Below, piece after piece: positions 53,071 through 64,000 of a stretch of DNA of 64,000 nt. Source of the stretch: an uncultured Planctomycetota bacterium (GTDB lineage Bacteria > Planctomycetota > Planctomycetia > Isosphaerales > Isosphaeraceae); NCBI GenBank assembly GCA_963845755.1, contig CAWJTV010000033.1, positions 480,001-544,000 on the forward strand. Reading direction: 5' to 3'. Below the pieces are notes generated by a model, which was not told where the DNA came from, did not search any database, and saw nothing but the letters and a program-made list of their open reading frames with translations. Every line of letters begins with the position of its first letter. The first letter of the stretch is position 1. The position numbers and the translations under genes were made by a program.

Positions 53071-54258
53071 ATGATCATTCCCGACCTGATCGGTGATCGA
53101 GCGTCATCGGTCGCCTTAAGCCCATCGGAAATCCAACGATACGCGCGGCACCTGATCATGCCCGAGGTGGCCATGACCGGGCAGAAGCGGTTGAAGGCCG
53201 CCAAGGTGCTGTGTATCGGCACCGGCGGGCTGGGCTCGCCGCTGTCGCTGTACCTGGCCGCGGCGGGCGTTGGCACGCTCGGCCTGGCGGATTTCGACGT
53301 CGTGGACGTCTCGAATCTCCAGCGCCAGGTGATCCACTTCTCATCGGACGTCGGCCGGCCCAAGATCGACAGCGCCGAGGAGAAGCTCCGGGCGATCAAC
53401 CCGGGCCTGGACGTCCGTCGCCACGAGCACACAATCGACAGCTCCAATGCGCTGGAGATTTTCGCCGACTACGATGTGATCGTGGATGGGACGGATAATT
53501 TCCCCACGCGATACCTGGTCAACGACGCCTGCGTGCTGCTCGGGAAGCCCAACGTCTACGGCTCGATCTTCCGGTTCGACGGTCAGGCGACCGTCTTCTT
53601 CGCGCCGCACGGCCCGTGCTACCGATGCCTCTACCCCGAACCACCGCCCCCGGACCTGGTGCCCAACTGCGCCGAGGGCGGCGTGCTGGGGATCCTGCCC
53701 GGCCTGATCGGCGTGGTCCAGGCGACCGAGACCGTCAAGCTGATCCTGGGCACAGGGGCACCGCTCATCGGCCGGCTGTTACTCTACGACGCGCTCGACA
53801 TGACCTTCCGCGAGATGAAGGTCCGCAAGAATCCCCGGTGCCCCATCTGTGGGACGAATCCCACCATTCGCGAGCTCATCGACTACCAGGAGTTCTGCGG
53901 CGTCCGCGGTGCCGAACCCCCGGCGGCCGCGAGCACATCGGATGACGAGATCACCCCGCGAGAGCTCAAGGCCCTGCTCGATCGGGGCCAGCGGCCGATC
54001 ATTCTGGACGTGCGCAACCCCGAGGAGATCGCCATCTGCCGGATCGCCGGCTCGACCATCATTCCCTTGCCCGAGTTGCCGGGCCGTCTCGGGGAGCTGG
54101 AGTCGGGCCGCCCGATGGTCGTGCACTGCAAGAGCGGCGTCCGCAGCGCCAAGGCGATCGCCATCCTCCAGGCCGCCGGCTTCTCGCGGCTGAAGAACCT
54201 CGCCGGGGGTATCCTCGCCTGGATCGACGAGGTCAACCCCAGCCTGCCGAGATATTGA
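53071..54258 (+). CDS. moeB: molybdopterin-synthase adenylyltransferase MoeB/MoeZ (ThiF + rhodanese)
   Basis: RYARHL, GTGGLG, SNLQRQ, DGTDNF, CYRC..CAEGGV, CPIC; rhodanese HCKSGVRS. Confidence 0.93.
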   Translation: MIIPDLIGDRASSVALSPSEIQRYARHLIMPEVAMTGQKRLKAAKVLCIGTGGLGSPLSLYLAAAGVGTLGLADFDVVDVSNLQRQVIHFSSDVGRPKIDSAEEKLRAINPGLDVRRHEHTIDSSNALEIFADYDVIVDGTDNFPTRYLVNDACVLLGKPNVYGSIFRFDGQATVFFAPHGPCYRCLYPEPPPPDLVPNCAEGGVLGILPGLIGVVQATETVKLILGTGAPLIGRLLLYDALDMTFREMKVRKNPRCPICGTNPTIRELIDYQEFCGVRGAEPPAAASTSDDEITPRELKALLDRGQRPIILDVRNPEEIAICRIAGSTIIPLPELPGRLGELESGRPMVVHCKSGVRSAKAIAILQAAGFSRLKNLAGGILAWIDEVNPSLPRY

Positions 54259-54261
54259 ATC

Positions 54262-54939
54262 TCACGTCGGATTGATGCGCGTCGTGTTCTTATCCTGTTC
54301 CAGGCGCATGTGATGCCAGATCAAGTCCATGAGGCGCCGAGGCTCTTCAATCCCCAGCAGAAGAGCCTTCGGAAGAGTGTGTTCGGAGGAAATCACAACC
54401 ACGTTGCCGATGCCGAGCCAGTCTCCGATCATGCTCACCTGGATGTAGACATCCTTGATGCGAAGCAGCTCGACCTGATCGACCCGGCGATGGAAGAACC
54501 CGGTTGTGACGAAGAGGCGCCGGGTCGTCAGCCGGTAATGATGTCCGCGATAGGCCCGAAGGTAGCGATATCCGAGGTGCAACCAGTAGCCCAGTACCAC
54601 GATGCTGAGGACAGTCATCCAGAACGACCATCCGCCTGAATTGGTGGTAAACCAGGTTCGGAAGGCCAGGGTGAGCCAGACCAGGACGAGCAATCCGCCG
54701 AAGAGCATTCGTCCCAGGAAGTTCTTGGGGGAATAATGGCCTTCGCAGACCGTCTGCTCTCCCTCAATGCCGGGCTCGGCGGCCTCCGAAGCGTGAGCCG
54801 TCCCGTTTCCTGTGGAGAACGTCTGCACGATCCCGTCGGGCGCCGCGGGCGAAACCATGACGGATCCCTCGGAAACAGGTTCAGACTGCGTGGGCATTTC
54901 GGTCATCGGTTCATTGGTTAGCATCACTTTGAGCTCCAT
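54262..54939 (-). CDS. bacterial PH domain (bPH_2) membrane protein
   Basis: two TM helices, then YRLTTRRLFVTTGFF..ELLRIKD..GIGNV. Confidence 0.8.
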   Translation of the reverse strand: MELKVMLTNEPMTEMPTQSEPVSEGSVMVSPAAPDGIVQTFSTGNGTAHASEAAEPGIEGEQTVCEGHYSPKNFLGRMLFGGLLVLVWLTLAFRTWFTTNSGGWSFWMTVLSIVVLGYWLHLGYRYLRAYRGHHYRLTTRRLFVTTGFFHRRVDQVELLRIKDVYIQVSMIGDWLGIGNVVVISSEHTLPKALLLGIEEPRRLMDLIWHHMRLEQDKNTTRINPT

Positions 54940-55217
54940 CGTCCTCAAGACCGCGGATCCAGCCGAGGATTCCTGGGTATGTCGTTCTCTCCGAGACCGA
55001 GTCAAGGTGCAAATCTGGGGCCAATCAGAGTGGACCGAGTGCGGCGCGAGTGGCACGAGTCGGTCAATCGTCTTGGCGTACCGACTCTTATCGGAGATAC
55101 TAAGCTACCTTTAGAGCAGAGCGGACGATCGCCGGGTGTCCGACCCGGCGTTGCGGGCGAGTGGGGCTCTCGAGATGGTCGGGGCCCTGGCTCCGCGAAT
55201 CGACGCACGCGGGGAGT

Positions 55218-57366
55218 ATGACCATGGTTGGTCGAACGCAGTTGATCGACAAGCTCCGTGAGCTGGCAAGGAACCTCTGGTGGACCTGGCAGCCGAGCGT
55301 CATCGCCCTGTTTCGGGAGCTGGACCCGGCCCTGTGGCGCAAGGTCGACCACAATCCGGTCGAGTTCCTCAAACGGCTGCCGCCGGACCAACTGGAGCGC
55401 CGGGCCGCGGAGATGGCCCTCGACTCGCGGATCGACTATGCGTTCCGCCGGCTGACCGAGTACTTGAAGGATACGGACAGTTGGGGCGTGGTCCATGCCT
55501 CGATCCTGCGGGCGCGGCCGGTCGCCTACTTCTCCGCCGAGTTCGGGCTGCACGAGAGCCTGCCGATCTATTCCGGCGGCCTGGGCGTCCTGGCCGGCGA
55601 CCATCTCAAGAGCGCCAGCGACCTGGGGATCCCCTTGATCGCCATCGGCCTGTTGTACGCCCAGGGCTACTTCCGCCAGTCCCTCGACGCCAACGGCTGG
55701 CAGCAGGAGCAATACCTGAACGTCAACACCGACCTGCTGCCGATCGAGAGCGTGGCCGATCGGGCCGGGCGGCCGCTACGGGTTGGAGTCGAGACGGCCA
55801 CCGGCGTGCTGCACGCGCGGGTCTGGCGAGTGGGGGTCGGCCGGACGACGCTGTTGCTCCTGGATGCGAACGTGCCGGAGAACTCGGAGTCCGATCGGGA
55901 GCTGACGGCCCGGCTCTACGGCGGAGATGCACGTGTCCGGATCCGCCAGGAACTGCTCCTGGGGGTGGGCGGGGTCCGGGCCCTGCGTGCACTGGGGATC
56001 CATCCCTCGGTCTTGCACCTCAACGAGGGCCATAGCGCGTTCGCCACCCTGGAGATGACCCGATCGATCATGGAGGCGAGTGGCCTGCCGTTCGGCGAGG
56101 CCGTGCGCGAGATCTCGGGGATGACCGTCTTCACGACCCATACCCCCGTTGCCGCCGGCCACGACCGGTTCCCCGCGCCCCTGGTCGAGGAGCACCTGGG
56201 GAAGATCCGCGAGGCCATGAATCTGTCCTACGAGGATTTCCTGGGGCTCGGACGGGTCTACCCGGCCGACCACAACGAGCCGTTCTGCATGACCGTGCTG
56301 GCCCTGAAGCTGTCGCGGTACGCCAACGGCGTCAGCGCCCTGCACGGCACGATCTCGCGACGGATGTGGCAGCCGCTGTATGTCAATACGCCCGAGGAGG
56401 GCGTACCGATCGGTCATATCACCAATGGTGTCCACGCCCAGAGCTGGGTGTCGCCCCAGATGCAACTCCTCTTCGACCGGCACCTGGGGACCGATTGGCC
56501 GCGGGATCAGCGGCTGGCCGCGACCTGGGAGGGCATCGAGACGGTCGAGGACGCCGAGTTGTTCGAGACCCAGCAGGTGCTCAAGGCCCGGATGATCAAC
56601 TTCCTCCGCAATCGGCTGGCAGCCCAGGCCCGGAGGCGCCAGGAGCCCGACTCGGCGATCGAGCGGGCCATGGAAGCCCTGGACCTCAACGCCCTGACCA
56701 TCGGCTTCGCCCGCCGCTTCGCCACCTATAAGCGCACGGCTTGGTCCTCCAGGACGTCGAGCGCCTGATCGAGATGGTCAACTCGACGGACCGGCCGATC
56801 CAGATCATCTTCGGAGGCAAGGCCCACCCGGAAGATCGCATGGGCAAGGAGCTGATCCAGAATATCGCCCGGCTGACCCACCAGGACCGATTCGCGCCCG
56901 GATCGTCTTCGTCGAGGACTACGATATGAACGTGGCGCGGCAGCTCGTTCAGGGGGTGGACGTCTGGCTGAACAATCCGCGTCGGCCGCAAGAGGCCAGC
57001 GGGACCTCGGGTCAGAAGGCCGCACTCAACGGCACGCTGAATTTCTCGATCCTCGACGGATGGTGGGCCGAGGCGTATGATGGCACCAATGGCTTCGCCA
57101 TCGGCATCGGCCAGACGCATGCGATCCCCTCGGTCCAGGATGAGCGGGACCACCAGGCCCTCGTCGAGACGCTGACCCAGGAGGTGATCCCGCTCTACTA
57201 TAAGCGGGATGCCTCGGGGCTGCCCCGCGAGTGGATCGCTCGCCAGAAGAACGCCTTCCGGACGCTGGCCTGGCGGTTCAATGCCGACCGGATGGTGATG
57301 GACTACGTCCAGCACGGCTACCTGCCGGCGGCCGGCGGCTTGTCCTGCCAGATGCCCCGATCGTGA
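55218..57366 (+). CDS. glgP: alpha-glucan phosphorylase (frameshifts near 56738 and 56900)
   Basis: NLWWTW, AYFSAEFG, YSGGLGVLAGD, HLNEGH, FTTHT, ITNGVH, FARRFATYKR, EASGTSGQK. Confidence 0.95.
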
Positions 57367-57397
57367 TCGAGGTCGAGGTGGCAGGTGGCGAGACTTT

Positions 57398-57457
57398 GTA
57401 GGGTGGGTGAAACCCACCAGGATCGGGCCACTTCTTCGTGGGTTTCACCCACCCTAC
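57398..57457. repeat. GTAG-type REP doublet
   Basis: GTAGGGTGGGTGAAACCCACC ... GTGGGTTTCACCCACCCTAC. Confidence 0.8.
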
Positions 57458-57491
57458 AAGATTCTCGGATACTCCCTAAGTTGAACAGACC

Positions 57492-59498
57492 ATGAGTCAG
57501 TTTCAGGCATTGATCGGCGAGAAGCTCGGATCCTACCGGATCGACGCGGTGCTGGGCTCCGGCGCCATGGGGGTGGTCTACCGCGCGACCGACGAGAAGC
57601 GCGGGCGCCTCGCCGCCGTGAAGGTCGTCCACGGCGAGCTCTCCCAGGGTAAGAAGGTCCAGGATCGGTTCAAGCGCGAGTACGACATCCTCAACAAGTT
57701 CCGGCACCCCGCGATCGTCCGGAACCTGGCCTGGGGCAAGTTCCGCGGCACCTGGTATATCGCCATGGAGTTCGTCCAGGGCACGACCCTGGATCTGATC
57801 CTCCAGGAACGGGGAGCCCTGCCGTGGCGCGAGGTGGTCAACCTGGGGATCCAGGTCTGCGACGCCCTGCACTACGCGCACGAGCGCGGAGTGGTCCATC
57901 GCGACCTGAAGCCGTCGAACCTGATGATCACGAGCGATGGGAAGGTCAAGCTGACCGACTTCGGGATCGCCAAAGACCTGGACAAGACGGCGTTGACGGC
58001 CACGGGCCGGACGCTGGGTACGGCGGCCTATATGGCCCCCGAGCAGATCCGTGGAACCCCGCCGGTCAGCCACAAGACCGACCTGTACGCGCTGGGTATC
58101 GTCCTCTACCAGATGCTCGTCGGCAATCCCCCGTATGAGGGGACCTCGGCCATCGTGCTGATGCACTGCCACATGAACGAGGATCCCCGGCGACCCAGCG
58201 ATAAGGTCCAGGAGATCCCCAAGGCGCTGGACGAGCTGGTGGTGGCCCTGATGGCCAAGGCGCCCGCCGACCGCCCGTTCGACGCCGCGGCGGTCGAGTT
58301 GACTCTGACCCAACTGCGCGACAAGGCGGAGCGCGGCGCCTCCATCGCCATGGTCTGGCCCACGCCGGGCTCCCCCGCCGCCAACCCGCCTCGTGCCGGT
58401 GCCACGACCGGTACCGGCGGTTCCCGGCCCGATTCGTCCCTCACAGATCGTCCCAGGCGGAAGCCGCGAAAGACCGGGACCCTTGCGTCGCTGACATCCA
58501 CGCTCTTCGGCATCCGGGCCCGAGCCGGCACGGACGAATCCGTATCACCCTTGCTGTCCCGGGGGGCCCTCGAAATCGTGGGCCTGGTCCTGGCCTTGGT
58601 GGCCGTCGGTGGCTTGATCCTCTACCTGGTCTGGCCCCTCAGCCAGGAGGCGCTCTACCACAAGGCCGAGGCCCTGATGGCCTCGAAATACCGCGTCAAC
58701 TGGCTGACGGCCCGCGACGACTACCTCGACGCGCTCGACCGGCGGTTTCCCAACAATCCGTATCACGAGCAGACCCGAAAATGGCGGGACAGGATTCTGC
58801 TGGATGAAGTGGAGGGTCGAGCCGCCGTCCTCGCCTCCCCCGGCGAATCTCGGCTCAGAGAACCCAAGAACAGGGCCGAGAACCTGTTCGTTGCCACCCA
58901 CAACAGTGCGGCCGCCGAATCGAAACAACACCACGACCCGCTCGTCGTGACGCAGTGGAAAGGGCTGGCCACCCAGCTCAACCCGGATGACCCCGAGGAA
59001 CGCAAATGGTACTTGCTGGCCCTCGACCGCGCGGACCAGCTCGAGCATGCCATCCGGGATCGTCAACAATTCATCGAGAAGCAATTGCAGATCGCCGACG
59101 AAGCCGCTCGCGCAGGCCATCCCGAGCAATCCGACGCGATTCGCAAGGAACTGATCGAACAGTACGGCGGCTATCCCTATCTAAACGACCTGCTCCCGAA
59201 CGTTCCGATGCCGGCCACGGTCCCGCCGCCGAAGGCCTCCGCGCCCTCGGCGCCCGTCCCCACCCCTGGCCCGGACTCGCCCCGAGCGGCGACGCCCCCT
59301 GCCCAGACCCCGGCGACAGGCTCCCCTCCGGCCCAGCCCGGCGCCCCGGACCGGGAGGCTCAACCCAAACCATCCACTCCGGACGAACCGGCCAGGACCT
59401 CCGATTCTCAGGTTCTCCAGGAAGTCAACCAACAGTCCTTCAGCGAATTCCGTAGTTACGATTGGACTCTGATTGACGGGCATGAGCCCGTCCGATAA
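57492..59498 (+). CDS. membrane Ser/Thr protein kinase
   Basis: GSGAMG, AVK, HRDLKPSN, DFGIAK, GTAAYMAPE; single TM, helical and Pro-rich C-terminus. Confidence 0.93.
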   Translation: MSQFQALIGEKLGSYRIDAVLGSGAMGVVYRATDEKRGRLAAVKVVHGELSQGKKVQDRFKREYDILNKFRHPAIVRNLAWGKFRGTWYIAMEFVQGTTLDLILQERGALPWREVVNLGIQVCDALHYAHERGVVHRDLKPSNLMITSDGKVKLTDFGIAKDLDKTALTATGRTLGTAAYMAPEQIRGTPPVSHKTDLYALGIVLYQMLVGNPPYEGTSAIVLMHCHMNEDPRRPSDKVQEIPKALDELVVALMAKAPADRPFDAAAVELTLTQLRDKAERGASIAMVWPTPGSPAANPPRAGATTGTGGSRPDSSLTDRPRRKPRKTGTLASLTSTLFGIRARAGTDESVSPLLSRGALEIVGLVLALVAVGGLILYLVWPLSQEALYHKAEALMASKYRVNWLTARDDYLDALDRRFPNNPYHEQTRKWRDRILLDEVEGRAAVLASPGESRLREPKNRAENLFVATHNSAAAESKQHHDPLVVTQWKGLATQLNPDDPEERKWYLLALDRADQLEHAIRDRQQFIEKQLQIADEAARAGHPEQSDAIRKELIEQYGGYPYLNDLLPNVPMPATVPPPKASAPSAPVPTPGPDSPRAATPPAQTPATGSPPAQPGAPDREAQPKPSTPDEPARTSDSQVLQEVNQQSFSEFRSYDWTLIDGHEPVR

Positions 59499-59591
59499 GG
59501 TGAATCTTCCCCTTCGTCCACCGAGGCGGCTCCTGTCCGTTCGCCTCGATCGTCCCCATGTTCCCGGCCGTTCCCGGCCTCGAGGATTCTG

Positions 59592-59891
59592 ATGCCTCAG
59601 TCTCAGTCACGCGTTCGCTTCATAGGAAGTCGTGAACTTCACCGAGATCTCCCGAAAGTGCTCGAGACTCTGGAAAACCCGGATGCCCGTTTTGTCTTGA
59701 CCATTCACAGCAAGCCCAAGGCGGTGATCATCGGAGCCGAAGCCTTTCTGGACCTTCTGCGCAGCCCCGCCGCAGAAGATCGTCTCCTGGCCTTACAGCT
59801 CGGTGCCCTGGTTCAAGGGCTCGAGGCCTCGTCCAACGCAGCCGATAGCGCCGAAATCGACGTCCATCAGGAGGAATTGGTCGGGGTCTGA
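59592..59891 (+). CDS. Phd/YefM-fold antitoxin-like protein (orphan)
   Basis: FIGSRELHRDLPKVLE..FVLTIHSKPKAVIIGAEAF matches the Phd/YefM pattern; SD GAGG. Confidence 0.7.
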   Translation: MPQSQSRVRFIGSRELHRDLPKVLETLENPDARFVLTIHSKPKAVIIGAEAFLDLLRSPAAEDRLLALQLGALVQGLEASSNAADSAEIDVHQEELVGV

Positions 59892-59979
59892 TCCCGCCCG
59901 GTCTCCTTCACGCCAACGACAACTCCAATCGCATGCATGCCCCCAGGGTCCATCAGGAGCTTGGGGGTGTCGTGTTTTC

Positions 59980-60040
59980 GTAGGTCAGGATTTCCAGCCT
60001 GACGAACCGGGCATCTTCAGGCTCTCAGGCTCTGACCTAC
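59980..60040. repeat. degenerate GTAG REP doublet
   Basis: GTAGGTCAGGATTTCCAGCCTGAC ... CTCTGACCTAC; related to the copy at 15124. Confidence 0.6.
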
Positions 60041-60056
60041 CTATCCGTCGGCCGGG

Positions 60057-61430
60057 TCAGATTCCGTGCGCGGTTCGCCCGGCCCCGACAGGCTCCACAG
60101 CCTCCCGCGTCGCGGCCACATCGTCGTCTCCCGATTCGATCGCGAAGGGCTCCGGCTCAGCCAGAGTCGCTTCGGTGCGAGTCATCTCATCCAGGATCGT
60201 CCGCTGGCCACGGGGGTTGTGAAAGGTCCCATGCGTCTCGACCACCTGGGACCGATAGGGTTCGTGAACCTGCTTGAGCAACTCGTGAAGCGGGCGCAGG
60301 TGATAGTGGGGGACGGCCGGGAAGAGGTGATGCGGGATGTGCATATCCTGGCCATACACGAACACAGCCCATCGGGTGAACGGGTCCGTGAAGAACACGC
60401 GGGAGTTCGTCAGCCTGCCGCTATCGGCGTTGGAATGTTGGTAGACATCCCTCAGGAACATGAAGAACATGAAGGACGTATTCAGCGGGATGAGCCACAA
60501 GAGGATGAAATAGACGGCCGAGACTCCGCCCGTCGCCCATCGCAAGTGCGCCAGGATTTCCATCAACACGGTGAAGTAACCGAGGCGAATCACCCCGCTG
60601 AACCGGCTCGAGTAGGCCTGGCGAAACGGCGAACGAAATACGGCCCAATCGGGGAGCAGACCGGTGATACCGGCCGCCAGACCCAGACCCAGCAACCCCG
60701 CCGGAATCATCCAGCCGGGCCTTTGGTAGGTCGTCAGGATCCAGGTCAGCAGATTCAGGCCGAGCAGATAGATGATCCCCAGCGCCGTTCCCAGACGCAG
60801 CCAACTCCTCGTGTGCCCCCCTCGACGGAGGTCGGTCCCATCGACGTAGACGTTCTTCCCCTGGCCAAGCGTGTTGACCTGGAAGTAGCCCCATTGATAA
60901 CTCAGCACGCGAAGCGGCGCCACGAACAAGGCGAAATAAACGACCCTGATGAACCGGCTCCGCGACATGGGGAACTCGCTGGACCGCTTGCCATGGCCGA
61001 GATTCTGCCAATCCGGATCGCGCTGCGGATCGTTGGTGAATTGATGATGAGCCAGGTGGAAAAGTCGATAGAAGTGCACCGTCGTCATCAGGGGAAACAT
61101 GCAGAAAACATCGGGGATGAAGTCATTCAGGAAGCGATTCTTCATATAGCAATAATGCGACGCCTCATGCCCCAGCCCGGCCAACCGGTGCTGAATCGCC
61201 CCGACCAGCGTGATTGCGACGGCGAACACCGGAACACTCCAGAGCCACGAGTAGCCCGACGCCCGGCTGATCTCCGCAAACAGGATCGCCCCACCGATCA
61301 CCAGGAACAGGCTGAAATATTCCATTGCCAGGTACAACAGATTCGTCACATTATCCACGCGGCGGAGCTGCATGATCTCATGCTGCAAGACCGGATTCCC
61401 AAACGTCGGTCGCGCGCTCTGCGAGCTCAT
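60057..61430 (-). CDS. fatty acid desaturase family protein
   Basis: His boxes HEASH, HLAHH, HIPHH; TM segments. Confidence 0.9.
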   Translation of the reverse strand: MSSQSARPTFGNPVLQHEIMQLRRVDNVTNLLYLAMEYFSLFLVIGGAILFAEISRASGYSWLWSVPVFAVAITLVGAIQHRLAGLGHEASHYCYMKNRFLNDFIPDVFCMFPLMTTVHFYRLFHLAHHQFTNDPQRDPDWQNLGHGKRSSEFPMSRSRFIRVVYFALFVAPLRVLSYQWGYFQVNTLGQGKNVYVDGTDLRRGGHTRSWLRLGTALGIIYLLGLNLLTWILTTYQRPGWMIPAGLLGLGLAAGITGLLPDWAVFRSPFRQAYSSRFSGVIRLGYFTVLMEILAHLRWATGGVSAVYFILLWLIPLNTSFMFFMFLRDVYQHSNADSGRLTNSRVFFTDPFTRWAVFVYGQDMHIPHHLFPAVPHYHLRPLHELLKQVHEPYRSQVVETHGTFHNPRGQRTILDEMTRTEATLAEPEPFAIESGDDDVAATREAVEPVGAGRTAHGI

Positions 61431-61946
61431 TCTGCTTTACCCTTTCGACCCAATCAACCTACTCGACGTCATTGCCTCCACTTCGGCAGGGAGGCTCAAA
61501 TCCTCTAAGGTTCCAAATTTCTTAAATCGCCGATTATCCCTCAATAACCCAATTTAACATATTCGGCAATGGAATGCGAGCGGTTGCCGGTTTATAGGGG
61601 TATCGTCAAACAGGCAAGGTACACATGAGTCTGAGGAGACTCGGCTGCGATTCGAAATCGGGAAAATGTGGTCCGAGCCATCGGCGCGAGGGGGAATTCA
61701 GAACGGTGTCGGTCATTGCGTCTCTGGATCACCCGGACGAAATCCGACGTTGTGGCCAGGCTTCACGACCTTGCCGAACGGCCGACCGAAGGGGCTCACC
61801 GGGGGGCGGCCCCAGCAGAGCCGGCTTGACCACATCCCGCCCCAGGATTCGCCACGCCAACCTTGAGGGTGTCTGGAATCGAGCGCGAAAGGGCGATGCC
61901 CCCAGCGATCCCGCGGAAATCGGGAAGTTGCCGCGCGACACGATCT

Positions 61947-62891
61947 TCAGAAGAGGAGGGGGATGAAGACCTTGAGGACCAGGTCGAAGCTGAAATGGGC
62001 GACCATGGCCGCGATCAACCCGTGTCGCCAGTAGAACCAACCGAAGATGATACCGGGTACACCATTGCCGAGGATGACAAAGAGCAGGACGGAGGGAGTG
62101 AGGCCGAGAAGAAGTTGCGCCTGGGGCAGGTGTATCGCGGCGAAAAGCAATGCGGCGAGAAGGTTTGCGATCCAGACGACCGGAACCGACGGCTCACGGA
62201 ACTCGGCGAGGAACGGGCGCGCCAACACGGTGCCCATCCAGGCGAAGAAGGTCATCCACCCCAGCCGGAACCAGATCTCTTCGCGAATCCCCGCGCTGAG
62301 GGAAGCCAGCAAGCCCTCCCAGGCGGGTGGCATGACGATTTCGTTCGCCTTATCGGGTGAATTGTCAAAGTTGCCCCCGGCGAAGATGGCGACGACCACG
62401 CCGAGGGCCATGCCGGAGACCAGCGCCGGAACGAGCGACCGTCGCACGCGCAGCACAGCCTCGGGGTCTCCGGCCAGCCAGGCACTCAGAGGTGGCACTC
62501 CCCAGGAGAACCGCCGGCCCAACCGCAGGACGATGGCGATGGCCACCAACGAAATCGCGACCTCAACGATCGCCGAGACCGCCAGGAGCCACGGCAGCAA
62601 CTCCGCCGGGAAGGGTTGGTCCTCGGCCTGCTTGAGCAAGCTGATCGTATAAGGGATCATGCCTATCGTGGCTGCGATACAGGCCAAAGACAGCCAGAGG
62701 AAAAGCTTCAGATCGAATCGGGAAGTGCGACACTCGCGGAGATTCCGCTCCTCCGACTGCGGAGAGCTGAATGGACCAGCGATGTCAAGGATCTTCTCTG
62801 GAGGTTCCTCCCGGAAAGGCTGGGGTTCGACGGCCCCGAGGCCATCCGGAATCGGTGGCATGCCATCCGGAGGCAGTTGAGATTCAGTCAT
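61947..62891 (-). CDS. CPBP (CAAX/Abi) intramembrane glutamic endopeptidase
   Basis: EEIWFR, FAAIH, AAMVAHFSFD; TM helices; start uncertain. Confidence 0.88.
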   Translation of the reverse strand: MTESQLPPDGMPPIPDGLGAVEPQPFREEPPEKILDIAGPFSSPQSEERNLRECRTSRFDLKLFLWLSLACIAATIGMIPYTISLLKQAEDQPFPAELLPWLLAVSAIVEVAISLVAIAIVLRLGRRFSWGVPPLSAWLAGDPEAVLRVRRSLVPALVSGMALGVVVAIFAGGNFDNSPDKANEIVMPPAWEGLLASLSAGIREEIWFRLGWMTFFAWMGTVLARPFLAEFREPSVPVVWIANLLAALLFAAIHLPQAQLLLGLTPSVLLFVILGNGVPGIIFGWFYWRHGLIAAMVAHFSFDLVLKVFIPLLF

Positions 62892-63168
62892 CGCCAGGCT
62901 CCGCCGAGACCGTGTGTTGCCGCCCATCCATGTTACGGCAGCCGACGGCAACAAGGAAGCGGATGACATTCGCGGTTCGACGGCCGAAGACACTCGTCGT
63001 CATCGGTGCCCACAAGGTCGGAGCGAGACGAGCGGGCTCTTGCCGCACGGGGCGGTCCTCCTCTAAGTTAAGATGAAACGACCCTGCTCAGGCGACCCCG
63101 GATCGGGAATGACATGAGAGAGCGCCTCGAGGCAGGGATCGATCGAGCCTAGAGGAAGGGGAACGTGC

Positions 63169-64000
63169 GTGAGCGGATCGGGGACGATGATCGCGAGCAT
63201 TTCGGGACTGCGGGGCGTCGTCGGCGACGGCCTGGACCCGGCGACAGTCGTAGCGTTCGCGGCGGCATATGCGAGTCAGTGCGAGCCCGGCCCGATCGTG
63301 GTGGGCCATGACGGTCGCGTATCATCGACAGTCTTCGGGGCAGCGGTCGAGGCAGGCGTGACCGCAACCGGCCACGATGTCTTCCTCGCCGGACCGGCGG
63401 CCACGCCGACCCTTGGCTGGCTCGTCCGCGATAGCCGAGCGGCGGGGGGAATTCAGATCTCGGCGTCCCACAACCCACCGCGGTACAATGGGCTCAAGTT
63501 CTTCCAGCCAGGAGGCATGGTGCTGGGCGCGGAACAGGGCCGCGCCCTGCTCGACCGCTGGCAACGACGCGAATTCGCATGGGCAGCCTGGGATGCCCTG
63601 GGCCGGTCACGCCGACTCGAGGATCCCGACGCAGGCCATCGCGGTCGCGTCCTCGAAACCGTGGATGTCGCGGCGATCCGGCACCGTGGTTTCAAGGTGG
63701 TCCTCGATGCCTGTCACGGAGCGGGCGGGCGGCCGGGGCGTTCCCTCCTGGAAGCCCTGGGAGCACAGATCCTGGTCCTGGGCGGAGAGCCCGACGGGCG
63801 GTATGACCACGCGCCTGAGCCCACGGAGGCGAACCTCCAGGAGTTCGCCGCCATCGTATCCGCAGTGGGCGCGGCGGTCGGATTCGCCCAGGATCCCGAC
63901 GCCGACCGCCTGGCGATCGTCGATGAGACGGGCCGCTATATCGGCGAGGAGCTCACGCTGGCCCTGGCAGCCCGGCGCCGGTTGGAACAGGCGCAGGGTC
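63169..64000 (+). CDS. phosphoglucosamine/phosphomannomutase family protein (runs off the window)
   Basis: read directly: SISGLRG, GHDGR, TP, ISASHNP..NGLKF, DACHGAG, PEP, QDPDADRL. Confidence 0.92.
   Translation, partial: MSGSGTMIASISGLRGVVGDGLDPATVVAFAAAYASQCEPGPIVVGHDGRVSSTVFGAAVEAGVTATGHDVFLAGPAATPTLGWLVRDSRAAGGIQISASHNPPRYNGLKFFQPGGMVLGAEQGRALLDRWQRREFAWAAWDALGRSRRLEDPDAGHRGRVLETVDVAAIRHRGFKVVLDACHGAGGRPGRSLLEALGAQILVLGGEPDGRYDHAPEPTEANLQEFAAIVSAVGAAVGFAQDPDADRLAIVDETGRYIGEELTLALAARRRLEQAQG

Noticed and set aside
61500..61945. ncRNA or tRNA in the desaturase-CPBP intergenic region
   Set aside because: No cloverleaf or known RNA motif is recognisable by eye

Overview
This is a high-GC bacterial chromosome segment. 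Its gene content points to a Planctomycete, probably Isosphaeraceae-like (inference): an ECF sigma + Ser/Thr kinase pair, a ZAS-kinase-WD40 protein, and Rpn and Uma2 nucleases. Many genes, including essential rplM, fabG and fabF, are split by 1-nt frameshifts, so the assembly probably carries uncorrected indel errors. Core genes are rplM-rpsI, ahcY, glcD/glcE, fabG-acpP-fabF, moeB, glgP and a partial phosphohexomutase. Accessory content includes glycoside hydrolases (GH5, GH3, glucoamylase/GH144-like), three Ser/Thr kinases, an NLR-like NACHT-pentapeptide protein, a truncated IS3 and many REP/STRR-like palindromes. The most notable observations are: (1) a four-gene locus of two convergent RES-toxin/antitoxin pairs, one with an ArsR-wHTH-fused antitoxin; (2) an Rpn-family gene with an internal SD+ATG that fits the gene-within-gene toxin-antitoxin model; (3) a REP-flanked miniature element carrying a decayed RAYT fragment; (4) a ~130-bp promoter-bearing non-coding module present twice, one copy followed by 42-bp-period repeats. 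No CRISPR array, tRNA or rRNA was seen.
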